DNA of 64,000 nucleotides, taken from positions 6,014,001 to 6,078,000 of the forward strand of contig OX597827.1 in the NCBI GenBank assembly GCA_951406725.2, given 5' to 3'. A program made the position numbers and the translations under genes. Positions 38,700 through 52,032 of the stretch are shown here, one piece after another. Under the pieces are notes generated by a model. It ran no database searches and was not told where the DNA came from. It saw only the letters and a program-made list of their open reading frames with translations. The DNA is from Octopus vulgaris. Its lineage: Eukaryota. Positions within the stretch are counted from its first letter, which is position 1. Each line of letters opens with the position of its first letter.

Positions 38700-39130
38700 T
38701 TCAATGGCCATTGATCAATGAGCACATATGTGAGGATTTGCACCAATCCAATAGGGGATTGGCCCAGGAAATGGGATACTTTCGTGATACCATTGCTTGT
38801 AACCTTCACTCCATGGCGACAAGATATGCTTTATCAATACAGCAACACTCACACACACATGTTGCTAATTTAACCAAAGATGTTATTCAAGAGCTCTCTT
38901 GGGACATTCCAATACATATATTCTTCTGATATAGCATCTTCAGATTATTTCCCTTCCCAATCAGTCTTCAGCAGTCTGTGAAACATTTCATTTAACAATT
39001 ATATGAAGCTGAAAACGTGGCTTCTTGAAATCTTTCAGTTAAGATCCGAGGAGTTCTACCGTCAAGGCATTGACAAGCAAGAAATTAGAACATTGGCAAG
39101 AAATTGGGAAAAATGAAGGAGAATACATTG
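38700..39130 (+). pseudogene. Highly decayed mariner transposase remnant
   Basis: YSSDIASSDYF (YSPDLAPSDY motif) and EFYRQGIDK...GEYI. Confidence 0.55.
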
Positions 39131-39338
39131 GTTTCAGATTTTAGGATAAAACGAGAAATTTTTGTGGGAGGGATCAAGTCAGTTCCATCGACTATAGGAC
39201 TTAATCAGAACTCATTTTATCAACCCTGATAGGATGAAAGGCAAAGTCAACTTTGGTAGAATTTGAATTCAAGATGTAACAACAGTCAAAATGTCACTAA
39301 ACATTTTACCTGGCATGTTAATGGCTCTGCCTACTTAC

Positions 39339-39746
39339 CAGTGCTGGATTAACTATTAAGCAAAATAAGCAGGTGCTTGGGGACACCACAGAAATAGTAA
39401 ATGGTTCACAGCACAAAAGAAATCACTTTAAATTTGCTAAATAATATTTGGGATGCCTTTATCCCTACTAAGTATAGATGCAGATGTGTTACCTAAAATT
39501 AATTTTGAGGATCTGATCAAAGACTCTGCAATTCAAAAAAGTAGGAGGAAACTTTTCAAATATAAATAAAATGGAAGTATACAAAAATAAACATTATTTT
39601 TCCCTCTTAGGATTTTGTTTCGTTTTAAAAAATAATAATTTATTTTATGGTTTGTTATTGTTTATATTTTGAATTACTTAATCTTTTATGGGGGCACCAA
39701 AATCTTTTAAGAGCTTAGGGCCTCAATGGGTCTTAATCCGGCCCTG
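39339..39746. mobile_element. hAT-like MITE inside a SINE B
   Basis: TIRs cagtgctggattaa / ttaatccggccctg; 8-bp flanks ctacttac/ctgctcac (6/8). Confidence 0.65.
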
Positions 39747-40069
39747 CTGCTCACCACCTCATTGAAGGAGAATAAATTGACTTCAGATTTTGGCAGAAAG
39801 TCAACAAATTTGGGGAAGTGGGTTTGTCGATTACATCTACCCCAGTACTCTACTGGTGCTTATTCAATTGACCCTGAGAGGATGACAGATGGAATTTGAA
39901 CTCAGAATGCAGAGACAGATAAAATGCCACTAAGCATTTTGTCTGGTGTGCAAATTCTTTTGCCAGCTTACTGCTTTTGTAGGAGAATACATTAATGATT
40001 GATTTGTTGAAACTGTTGATGAAAAATAAGGACTAAGAGAAATGGGAGGGAAAAAAATTATCTGACAAG

Positions 40070-40730
<661 letters not shown>

Positions 40731-41407
40731 TTAAAGTGGAAATGGCTAAATATTCCATAGTGTTAATGTTATCCTCAGACAAACACACAGACTGCGTTAC
40801 GCATTATATAGAAAGGTAAGTATGATTTTATTTCAGTATAATCCATATGATGGCCAACCATACAGTTTCCATCAATCAAATTTTACACTCAATACTTTGG
40901 CTTGACCAATGCCATGCTCAAGTCCCCTTTGTCTAAGAAGGTACCATGTAGTAGGATTGAAACCAAGAGTCCATAGCTGAAGCTAGAAGTTCTGAAACAT
41001 TTCACCATAGTTGCACCCAATGGCAGAAACATACACACATATACACACATATGCAGAGAGAATGATACACACACACAGAGACGTAGAATAAAACACATGC
41101 ACACATGCAGATGCACGAGCATGCACACTCACACACACACATACATACATACATACACACACACAGGATCACACTAACACACACATACTACACATATGCC
41201 GACATAATATGATATTTTCATTCACTGATCACATGTGACTAACTCTGTGCACATGTGACCAGTGAATGAAACAAACACACAGACACAGTTTCCTAAAGAA
41301 TGGCTGAATATGTGGAGGCATACTCAGGTGTCTATGTTTATGTTTACATTATTTACATTATTTACAATTGATGGATATTTGTCCTAAGGTATTTGTCGAC
41401 GTTGTTG

Positions 41408-41481
<74 letters not shown>

Positions 41482-41556
41482 ATCACTGCCTGCAATCTTG
41501 GGGTTAAGAGCACGGGTTACTAATCCCAAGATTTCGAGTTTGATTCCAGGCATTGA

Positions 41557-41592
<36 letters not shown>

Positions 41593-41622
41593 TAATAATA
41601 ATAATACTAATACTACTACTAA

Positions 41623-41654
<32 letters not shown>

Positions 41655-41722
41655 GCCCTAGGAGTTGGGAAGACACTCGGCAAGAAATGGAAGCAAATTT
41701 GAAAAAGAAAAAAAGTAATATC

Positions 41723-41790
<68 letters not shown>

Positions 41791-41880
41791 TAATAATAAT
41801 AATGATAATAAGGTGTCGGGAAGACACTCAGCAAGAAATGGAAGCAAATTTGAAAGAAGAAAAAAAAGATAATAATAATG

Positions 41881-41911
<31 letters not shown>

Positions 41912-41929
41912 TAATAATAATAATAATAA

Positions 41930-42348
41930 TAAAGACCTACCAAAAACTGAGCAAATATAAAGATCTTGAAATAGAAATCAGCAAAATGTGGAAGCTGAAG
42001 ACTAAAACAATACCTGTTGTCATGGGTGCCCTGGGAATGATAGCAAAGGAGCTGATTGCTACCTAACTCAGATACCAGGAAACCCAAAAATGGCAGAAAT
42101 TCAAAAGATAGTGCTCATGGGAACTGCTCATATCCTATGCAAAATACTTTCTATGTAATCTCAAGGTTTAAAACAAACATAATTTTTTTTTTTTAGACAT
42201 TCGCTAGTACAACACCAAAAAAAAACCCAACAAATATATGGCACACTAGGCATAACAACAACATGAACTTCCAACCTGTTGTCTCTTGAGGTCTCTGGGT
42301 GAGACTTGGAGCCAACTTGTACAAATGTAAAGCAAAAGTCAAACATAG
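41930..42348 (+). mobile_element. Dong/R4-like RLE LINE 3' end in (TAA)n
   Basis: KLSKYKDLEIEISKMWKLKTKTIPVVMGALG...IQKIVLMGTAHILCKIL*, TAA repeats on both sides. Confidence 0.85.
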
Positions 42349-43850
42349 AATAATAATAATAATCATTTCTATTATAGGCACAAGGCCTGAAATTTTGGGG
42401 AAGGGGTAAGTCAAACACATTGACCCAGTGCTCAAATGGGTCTTATTTATAAACTCCAAGGGATGAAAAGCAAAGTTGATCTTGCCGGAATCTGAACTCA
42501 GAACATAAAGACGGGTGAGCTGCTGGTAGGCATTTTCTCTGGTGCACAAATGGTTCTGCCAGCTACCCAGCTACCCAGCTGACTCCCTCCCTCAAATTTG
42601 TAAGTTTTATGCTAATATTTGACACCAATATAAGGGTGAAAACAACAGCATTTATAACCAGTACTTTATATCCATGTAGAGGCACAATGGCCCAGTGGTT
42701 AGGGCAGTGGACTCGCGGTCGGAGGATCGCAGTTTCGATTCCCAGACCGGGCATTGTGTGTGTTTATTGAGCGAAAACACCTAAAAGCTCCCCGAGGCTT
42801 CAGCAGGGGGTGGTGGCGACCCCTGTTGTACTCTTTCACCCCAACTTTCTCTCACTCTCTCTTCCTGTTTCTTGAGTAACACTGCGATGGACTGGCTTCC
42901 CATCCAGCTGGCGGGGGAGGACACATTCGCAGCAGAAACAGGGAAACCGGGCCTAGGAGCCTGGCTAGGCTTGAAAAGGGCGAGAAAAAAAAATTTTTAT
43001 ATCCATACTGTAAAATGAAATAATGGTTGTTTGATTTAGGCAGAAGACCAGTAATTTTGAAGAGCAGGGGTTAGTTGATAACATCAATACCAGTGCATGA
43101 CTAATTCTGTATTGATTCCAGAAGAATGAACGTCGAAGTTCAGTGTGGTGGGATTTGAACTCAGAATATAGAGTTGACACAAACACTGAGAAATATCTTC
43201 CCAAATTCTAAGGGTTCTGCCAGCTCATGTCACAAAAGTGAAAGATGGAGGGACATTAAATGGATGAGTTGCAAAATGTGTAATATTTACACTGAATTCA
43301 AATAGATTTTTAAAAACTGATAGTATGCATGGTGCACACACACACACACATGCTCATAGGTCTATGAAACATCATCTTGTGATGCACCTGGTATCGTCAG
43401 TGATGTTTTCAGGGTTATTAGATATTTTGGGTCTTTCAACATAAGACATCTTCGTCCAAGAGACCCTGCTAGGGTTGACCAAGCCCCACCTTATATCCAA
43501 TTAGTCCTACTCCTGGTAACTCCATTCTCACTATCTCAGGGTTCATTCTTCATGGTCCACAGTTGCCTTCAAGCAACCTCTACTGCCTCCATAGTGAATC
43601 TGATGGCCTTCTACTAACTGGCCTCTGTGATGTCAAGCTTTGCAATAAGACTGGCCTGCAGGTCCTTTGCAACCCACATCATTGGGATCACACCTTGCCT
43701 AACACCCGTTGCTTTGGCATATCTACATCAGCTCAACTTATTCCCTTCTCTTGCTATAATTTTCCCCTTGATGAGGTCCTACCAGGGAAATAGCAAGTTC
43801 TATCAGAACCACTTGCTTTGATCACCTCTGAGATCAGCACAGTAACCAGA

Positions 43851-44898
43851 AAACTAGGAATCAAAGAGGCCCAGAAGGAAAAAACTGGTTTAGAACCACC
43901 GTGGCAGACAGACATAGACATACACATAACATTTTCTCACATTAGGAAGGTGAGAAGCACACAACACAGAAACACGGATACAGGGAGACATAGTGGCTCT
44001 GCTGAATCTACACACACATGCGCTCACACACATTACACGCACACACATACACATATACATGGGCATTGCAGACGGTACAAATACATACACTGACAGAGGT
44101 AGATGCTATACAGATAGTGGGAAGCCGTTCACACACACACAAAAGATAAACTAGGCACATAGACACACACACATACCCACACAGACACACACACACATAC
44201 CCACACATAGAATACTCAATACAAACACACGAGGACACACACACACACATAATGTAATCAGTAAAGACACACGATGTATACACAGAACAAACACACAGAT
44301 ATAGAGAAGGAGACACTATGTTGATAGTACACATACACACTCACACACACACACATACACACTCACACGCACACACACACACACAAAGAGTATGTAGAAA
44401 ACAGACATAGACACACACACACAGACACAGAAAGAGAAAGGTAGATGCTATATTGATGTTACTGATGCACAGACATGTGCTTTGACATAAACAGCAGAGA
44501 GACACACATGGCCACATCCAGGCAGACAAGGTAAAGTAGAGGCTATTCTTTAAAGGAGCCCAGAAGTAGTATCGATAGATCGAACACACAGACACAGTCA
44601 GAGAGCGGTTGATGCTTTGTTGGCGGAGCGAACACACAGACACATGGATGTCATCCTTTTATAGCATCGATACGATACGCAGGCTTGATCATGTCAACGG
44701 GACGGACACACAGACACACACGTGGAGTACAGATACATGTACAGAAGCACACACACACGCATTCTTTTCTACTCTAGGCACAAGGCCCGACATTTTGGGG
44801 GAGGAGGCCAGTCGATTAGATTGACCACAGTACGCAACTGGTACTTAATTTATCGACCCCGAAAGGATGAAAGGCAAAGTCGACTTCGGTACTACTGG
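43851..44898 (+). repeat. About 1-kb composite repeat, copy 2 (left arm of large inverted repeat)
   Basis: Matches 35893-36932 directly and 45474-46080 in reverse. Confidence 0.9.
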
Positions 44899-45009
44899 CG
44901 AACAGTGGTCCCGTTGCGCACACGCGCATCCTCGCTAGCAAGTCGTAAGTAGTCGATCCTACAACGACTACCTAGCAAAGTAAATAAAACACAAAATAAA
45001 TAATTTTTG

Positions 45010-45430
45010 GGATCTTTTCCTTTTGAACGGCACATGTCAACACAATTTCTAGTTAACTAAACACTTTTAAACTTCGTATACTGGTAGAATGGGTTTATAA
45101 TAAAACATCATTTTTTTCTTGGCTTTATTGAGAAAATTCTATGTTGTAACATATTTCCACTTTAATTTCGAGCATTTCGGCAATTTTAACCAATCGCTGA
45201 CCTCCATTGATGTAAACAACATTCCGTGCAGATTGGGTTATTTACATTTGCGAAGAAAAAAAAAGATACCCTTCCCCCACCCCTAACTCTAACCCTAACT
45301 CACCCTAACTCTAACCCTAAATCTAAAACAGATTGAAATGCAATAGATCGATACTAGGGTTATAATTATGGGTGACAATTTCATACGACACCGCTACGGA
45401 AAATGGGATTTTTTTCTAGCGGTGTAATGA
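45010..45430 (-). mobile_element. GGATC-ended MITE with (CCCTAA)-like repeats
   Basis: Reverse match to 27576-28015; one end replaced by a small fold-back at about 45385-45430. Confidence 0.75.
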
Positions 45431-45473
45431 AGTAGGTATTTCGTCTGCCGTTACATTCTGAGTTCAAATTCCA

Positions 45474-46080
45474 CCGAGGTCGACTTTGCCTTTCATCCTT
45501 TCGGGGTTGATAAATTAAGTACCAGTTGCATACTGTGGTCGATCTAATCGACTGGCCCCTCCCCCAAAATGTCCGGCCTTGTGTCTAGAGTAGAAAATAA
45601 TGTGTGTGTGTGCGTCTGTCCATGTAACTGTACTCCACGTCTGTGTCTGTGTGTCCGTACCGTTGACATGATCAAGCCTGCGTATCGATGCTATAAAAGG
45701 ATGACATCCATGTGTCTGTGTGTTCGTTCCGCCAACATAGCATCAACCGCGCTCTGTCTGTGTGTTCGATCTATCGATACTACTTCTGGGCTCGTGTAAA
45801 GAATAGCCTCTACTTTACCTTGTCTGTTGTGGATGTGGCCATGTGTGTCTCTCTGCTGTTTATGTCAAAGCACATGTCTGAGCATCAGTAATATCAATAT
45901 AGCATCTACCTTTCTGTTTCTGTGTCTGTGTGTCTATGTCTGTACTCTCCATACTCTTTGTGTGTATGTGCGTGCGTGTTTGTGTGTGTGAGTGTGTATG
46001 TGTACTATCAACATAGTGTCTCCCTCTCTATGTCTGTGCGTTTGTTCTGTCTATACAGCATGTGTCTTTACTGATTACAT
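45474..46080 (-). repeat. Composite repeat copy 3 (inverted arm)
   Basis: Reverse complement of about 44251-44887. Confidence 0.9.
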
Positions 46081-46289
46081 TCTGTTACACTCTGTGGAGT
46101 GGTTGGCGATAGATAGGGCATCCAGCTATAGAAACCTTGCCAAATCAGACTGGAACCTGGTGCAGCTCTCCGGCTTACCAGTTCTAGTCAAACTGCCAGA
46201 TGCATGCTTGCATGGAAAGTAGACACTAAAGGATAATGGTGAGGATGATGATGATTGCATCTTGACTTGTATTATTAGCATTTAGCATA

Positions 46290-46690
46290 TAGGCGTAGGA
46301 GTGGCTGTGTGGTAAGTAGCTTGATAATGAACCACATGGTTCTGGGTTCAGTCCCACTGTGTGGCACATTAGGCAAGTGTCTTCTACTATAGCTTCGGGC
46401 CGACCAAATCCTTGTGAGTGGATTTGGTAGATGGAAACTGAAGGAAGCCCGTCGTATATATGTATGTGTGTGTATATAAGTTGTGTATCTGTGTTTGTCC
46501 CCCCACCCCCAACATCGCTTGACAACCGATGGTGGTGTGTTTACATCCTCGTAACTTAGCGATTTGGCAAAAGAGGCCGATAGAATAAGTACTAGGCTTA
46601 TAAAGAATAAGTCCTGGGGTCGATTTGGTCAACTAAAGGCGGTGCCCCAGCATGGCCATAGTCAAATGACTGAAACAAGTAAAAAAGTAA
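46290..46690 (+). mobile_element. SINE family A, full length
   Basis: Match to 13003-13430; further copies 48058-48462, 60323-60707, 61680-62060(-). Confidence 0.9.
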
Positions 46691-46764
46691 GAAAGTATAT
46701 CCACATACACACACTCCTACATATACAAATAGTGCATAAACTGAATGGTACAGACATGCAGACA

Positions 46765-46862
46765 CGCACTCACACATGCATACACATGCATACACATATA
46801 CACAGAATAGTACACACACGCACTCACACATACATACACATGCATACACATATACACAGAAT

Positions 46863-46896
<34 letters not shown>

Positions 46897-47330
46897 CACT
46901 CACACATACATACACATGCATACACATATACACAGAATAGTACACAAACACACACACTCACACATACATACACATGCATACACATATACACAGAATAGTA
47001 CACACACGCACTCACACATACATACACGTACATACACATATACACAGAATAGTACTCACGCACACACACACACACACGCACTCACACATACATACACATG
47101 CATACACATATACACAGAATAGTACACACACACACACGCACACACTCACACATACATACACATGCATACACATATACACAGAATAGTACACACACACACA
47201 CACGCACTCACACATACATACACATGCATACACATATACACAGAATAGTACACACACACACACATGCACTCACACATACATACACATGCATACACATATA
47301 AACAGAATAGTACACACACACACATGCACA
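46765..47330. repeat. Minisatellite, about 9 units of 54-77 bp with variable (CA)n
   Basis: Recurring core catgcatacacatatacacagaatagtac. Confidence 0.9.
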
Positions 47331-47987
47331 CACACACACATGCACGTGTGCGCGCACACACACACACAATCGCGGATACTGATGAAATGGTTCGGACACA
47401 CAGACACACAGCAGGTGCTAAGGCGTAGTCACCGGTACAGACACACAGACACAGCTTCACACACACACATACAGTGAAATGTCCAGATACACATCCACAA
47501 TTATAAACACACTCTCATATGCAAGTGCACATAAAGTGGAGGTACATACGCACCTGACACAATTCCACACACACAGACACACACACAGAAACACACACAT
47601 TCTCTCTCATATGCACTCGCAGTCGCAACCTTCCACAGACACACAGATACACACAGCCAAATGAGACAATTGGGCTCGTCTGTTCGGATGCTGACAATTT
47701 AGCATGGCTGACTGGACATTCGACCTATTTTGGTGACAGTATATTCAGGCATGAGAGGCAAACACACATACACACATGCAGAATTATATTCATATACAAT
47801 GTGTGAGTGAGAGAGAGAGAGAGATTGCATATGTATACAAACATATCTAGATGCTCTCATACAGAGAAGGTGAGAGATAGAGAGAAATATATATATATAG
47901 AAAGAGAGAGAAGTAGAGAGATAGATAGAGATAGATTGCATATGTATACAAATATAACTAGATGCTTTCATACAGAGAGGCTGAGAG

Positions 47988-48049
<62 letters not shown>

Positions 48050-49296
48050 GTATATATGAGTGGCTGTGTGGTAATTAGCTTGCTTATGCACCACATGGTT
48101 CCGGGTTCAGTCCCACAGCATGGCACCTTGGGCAAGTGTCTTCTACTATAGCCTCGGGCTGACCAAAGCCTTGTGAGTGGATTTGGTAGACAGAAACTGA
48201 AAGAAGCCCGTCGTATATATGTGTATATATATATGTATCTATGTGTGTGTGTATATGTTTGTGTGTCTGTGTTTGTCCCCCCAACATCGCTTGACAACAT
48301 CACTTGACAACGTCTCTGTAACTTAGCGGTTCGGCAAAAGTGACCGATAGAATAAGTACTAGGCTTACAAAGAATAAGTCCTGGGGTCGATTTGCTCGAC
48401 TAAAGGCGGTGCTCCAGCATGGCCACAATCAAATGACCGAAACAAGAAAAAGAGTAAAAGAATATATATATATAGAGAGAGAGAGAAAGGAAAAAGAGGG
48501 AGAGAGACAGTAAGAGAGAGAGATTGCATATATATAAGCATAACAAGATGTTCTCATACAGAGAGGGTGAGAGATAGAGATAGAGAGAAATAGAGAGAAA
48601 ACTGGGGAGAGAAGGAGAAAATCATTAAAACAAGAGAAGTATTGAAATGTCCAATGTCCAATAAGTCAGCATTGAATCAGTGATGTCAAGTAGGCAGGGC
48701 CAAAATGGCTGTGCTAACTTGCCCAGTCCAGGAATTGAAACCACAGTCTTACAATCATGAGTGCAACACCCTAACCACTAAGCCACTTACCTATTTCTTT
48801 ACTACCCACAAGGGGCTAAACACAGAGGGTACAAACAAGGACAGACATAGGTATTAAGTCGATTACATCGACTCCAGTCCGTAACTGGTACTTAATTTAT
48901 CGACCCCGAAAGGATAAAAGGCAAAGTCGACCTCGGCGGAATTTGAACTCACAACGTAACAACGGGCGAAATACCACTAAGCATTTTGCCCGGCATGCTA
49001 ACGTTTTTGCCAGTTCATCGCCTTCAAACTAAGCCACTTACCACTACCCTCTCAGCATATGCAAACATATACAGTGGAACCTCAATTAACAAATGTCTCT
49101 TCTCTTGAACAAATCAGTTCTTGAGCAATGTTTTGAACAAGGAAAATCTCAGGTGGTGAATGGCATCTCAAATAATAAACGTGCAAGCTAGCAAAATCAT
49201 GCCATAACCAAAGCAAAAGAACAAAAGAAACCCTGACTTATACCATAAAGAGAAACTCTCATGTTAAGGGTGACAACAAAAACACAAATATAAATA

Positions 49297-50080
49297 TACC
49301 TATTTCTTTACTACCCACAAGGGGCTAAACACAGAGGGGACAAACAAGGACAGACAAACGGATTAAGTCGATTATATCGATCCCAGTGCGTAACTGGTAC
49401 TTAATTTATCAATCCTGAAAGGATGAAAGGCAAAGCCGACCTCAGCAGAATTTGAACTCAAAACGTAGCGGCAGACGAAATACCTATTTCTTTACTACCC
49501 ACAAGGGGCTAAACACAGAGGGGACAAACAAGGACAGACAAACGGATTAAGTCGATTATATCGCCCCCAGTGCGTAACTGGTACTTAATTTATCAACCCT
49601 GAAAGGATGAAAGGCAAAGTCGACCTCGGCGGAATTTGAACTCAGAACGTAGCGGCAGACGAAATACCTATTTCTTTACTACCCACAAGGGGCTAAACAC
49701 AGAGGGGACAAACAAGGACAGACAAACGGATTAAGTCGATTATATCGACCCCAGAATGTAACTGGTACTTAATTTATCAACCCCGAAAGGATGAAAGGCA
49801 AAGTCGACCTCGGCGGAATTTGAACTCAAAACGTAGCGGCAGACGAAATACCTATTTCTTTACTACCCACAAGGGGCTAAACACAGAGGGGACAAACAAG
49901 GGCAGACAAACGGATTAAGTCGATTATATTGACCCCAGTGCGTAACTGGTACTTAATTTATCAATCCCGAAAGGATGAAAGGCAAAGTCAACCTCAGCGG
50001 AATTTGAACTCAAAACGTAATGGCAGATGAAATACCACTAAACATTTCGCCCGATGTGCTAACGTTTCTGCCAGCTCGTT
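49297..50080 (-). mobile_element. Head-to-tail concatemer of SINE B: 4 x 184 bp plus one 5' head
   Basis: tacc recurs at 49297, 49481, 49665, 49849 and 50033. Confidence 0.95.
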
Positions 50081-50320
50081 ACCCATAATCCTCGGCACCA
50101 CAACATCCAACATCCTGCCAAACAATACCTCCCAAGTGTACATCAGTCATAAAATTTCTGACAATTAATTTTAAAAAGTCACAAATCATCAACAGCCAAA
50201 GACAACACCAAATCACCTGTGAAGTAAACACCCATACTTTGTATATATATATATTACTGGATATAACTAGCTCCCACAGTTATATATAAACAAAAATTTT
50301 ATATACCATCTTATGGTATA

Positions 50321-50717
50321 CTAGCAGTATCGCCCGGCGTTGCTCGGGTTTGTAAGGGAAATAACTATATAAGCATTTTTAGAGATGTAAAGTATAATAG
50401 CAATCTCAATATGGCTAACCACAAAGGGGGGTGTTACTGTAGCTTTTTTACGTTCTGAGATTTAATGATACATTTTTAGAGAGTTACTTCCCTTATATAT
50501 GCCAAAAATACATTAAAAATGGGAAAAATTGATGGTAAATTTTTTTTTAAATCGTAGACTCATCGTAGACGCGTGCTAATACCCAGAAGGGCTCGATATG
50601 AATCACGACTATAAGATACCCGGTTTTGGTTAAACTGCATCGCAAAATGTGGGAGTAGTTAGGAATCTAAATCGTAGGAGACAGACAGACACACAACCTC
50701 ACTTTTATATATAAAGA
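50321..50717 (-). mobile_element. Non-autonomous Helitron
   Basis: Minus TC...CTAG with hairpin; empty-site paralog atggtatatatcaataagatg at 52517-52537. Confidence 0.9.
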
Positions 50718-50859
50718 TATCAATAAGATGATAACATAGAGGAAGGGAGTAAAAGAATAAGGAGATGGAAAGAAAGAAGAAAAAAGAAGGTTTCTATAAC
50801 TTCGGAAAGTTGAACTACGAACTTTTATGCTTCTTTTTTCTTCTCTCTTTCCACCTCAA

Positions 50860-51200
50860 CAAAGGTGAGATTCACATCTGAGAAAGAAATAATACAGGTA
50901 ACAAACTGTGGAGATCTTTGTTGTGGGACAGGTGAAATAATTGAACAAGGAACAACCAAAGGTTTCAAGAACAGGAAGGAAGTGAGAATGAACACAAACA
51001 CGAATTGCAAAACGAAAAAGATCTCACCAACTGCATCACATACCCACAATGTAATGGGAATTACATTGGAAAAAAAGGGACAAAACTAACCAGTCTGGTA
51101 AACATGGATAAACAGACAATTGAAGATTCATCTCTTAGAAATGTTACACGTAATAAGCATTTAGATATGTTTAGCAAATGGAAAATTTAAGATATTCTTT
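50860..51200 (+). pseudogene. Penelope-like GIY-YIG endonuclease remnant
   Basis: CGDLCCGTGEII...NTNCKTK, frameshift, then LTNCITYPQCNGNYIGKKGTKL (N.IY.I.C..C...YIG.T motif). Confidence 0.7.
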
Positions 51201-51339
51201 TTGACAAAATAAAAAACTAAACTAATCAACTATGAAAAACAGAAGGATGAAATTCATCGATTTAAGAGATATAGCTGTTATTTCTAGCACATGTAGAAGA
51301 CAGAAGACAGAAGAGAGAGAAAGGATGAATAAGACGTGT

Positions 51340-51556
51340 GCGTGTGAGTTCTTAGACGCAGCAAATAATTTTAGCTTGAATGCTGCGATTTCATTGGTTA
51401 AAATTTGTAGAATTAAACTACGTTAAAGTTACGAATTACAATTTTATTTTCAATTTTGTTTACAATAATGTTTTCTTTTGACACATTCTACAAGTACACG
51501 AAGTTTCAAATTGTTTAGTTAACTAGAAAATTCCGTCCATCAAACAGAAAAGATCC
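51340..51556 (+). mobile_element. Fragment of the GGATC-ended MITE family
   Basis: acacattctac...gaagttt...tgtttagtta...aaaagatcc matches 27930-28015. Confidence 0.6.
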
Positions 51557-51994
51557 GAAAATTTCATAAAAATTCTAAATTTGAAACTAAGCTGGAAATA
51601 GTCAACAATTTAAAATATACTCCTTTTGCAAAATATAAGATGAAAATGATCAACAACAAAAGACAAAAGAAGAGTTCTTTATAAAAATTCTAAATCTAAA
51701 AAACTAAATTGGAAATAGCTAACACCTTTACAAAAAAATAAGCAATTTCCTCTTTATGCATTAGCCTGGAACACAATAGTTTGCAAAGTTAAAAAGTGAA
51801 AGCGCTTACACACAAAAAGACACAAGACATAAAATACACATTAAATACATATTGTATAAAAACATCTCCCACAAACGTCAGTGACATTCCATTAAATTAA
51901 GAAACTTTTTTTAAATAGTTGACAACTTTATAAAAGTCTTTTCTAATTCTTGTAACTTTATGATGATGAAAAGCTTTTACACACACACATACAT

Positions 51995-52032
<38 letters not shown>

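Noticed and set aside
42679-42755. tRNA-Arg gene
   Set aside because: tRNA-like head continues into a SINE body found in many copies; no proper acceptor stem or terminator.
46765-47330. CRISPR-like array
   Set aside because: Spacers are just variable (CA)n; eukaryotic context, no cas genes.
49073-49200. Tigger/pogo-like terminus (ta|cagtggaacctc)
   Set aside because: Only one end seen; no matching TIR or ORF.
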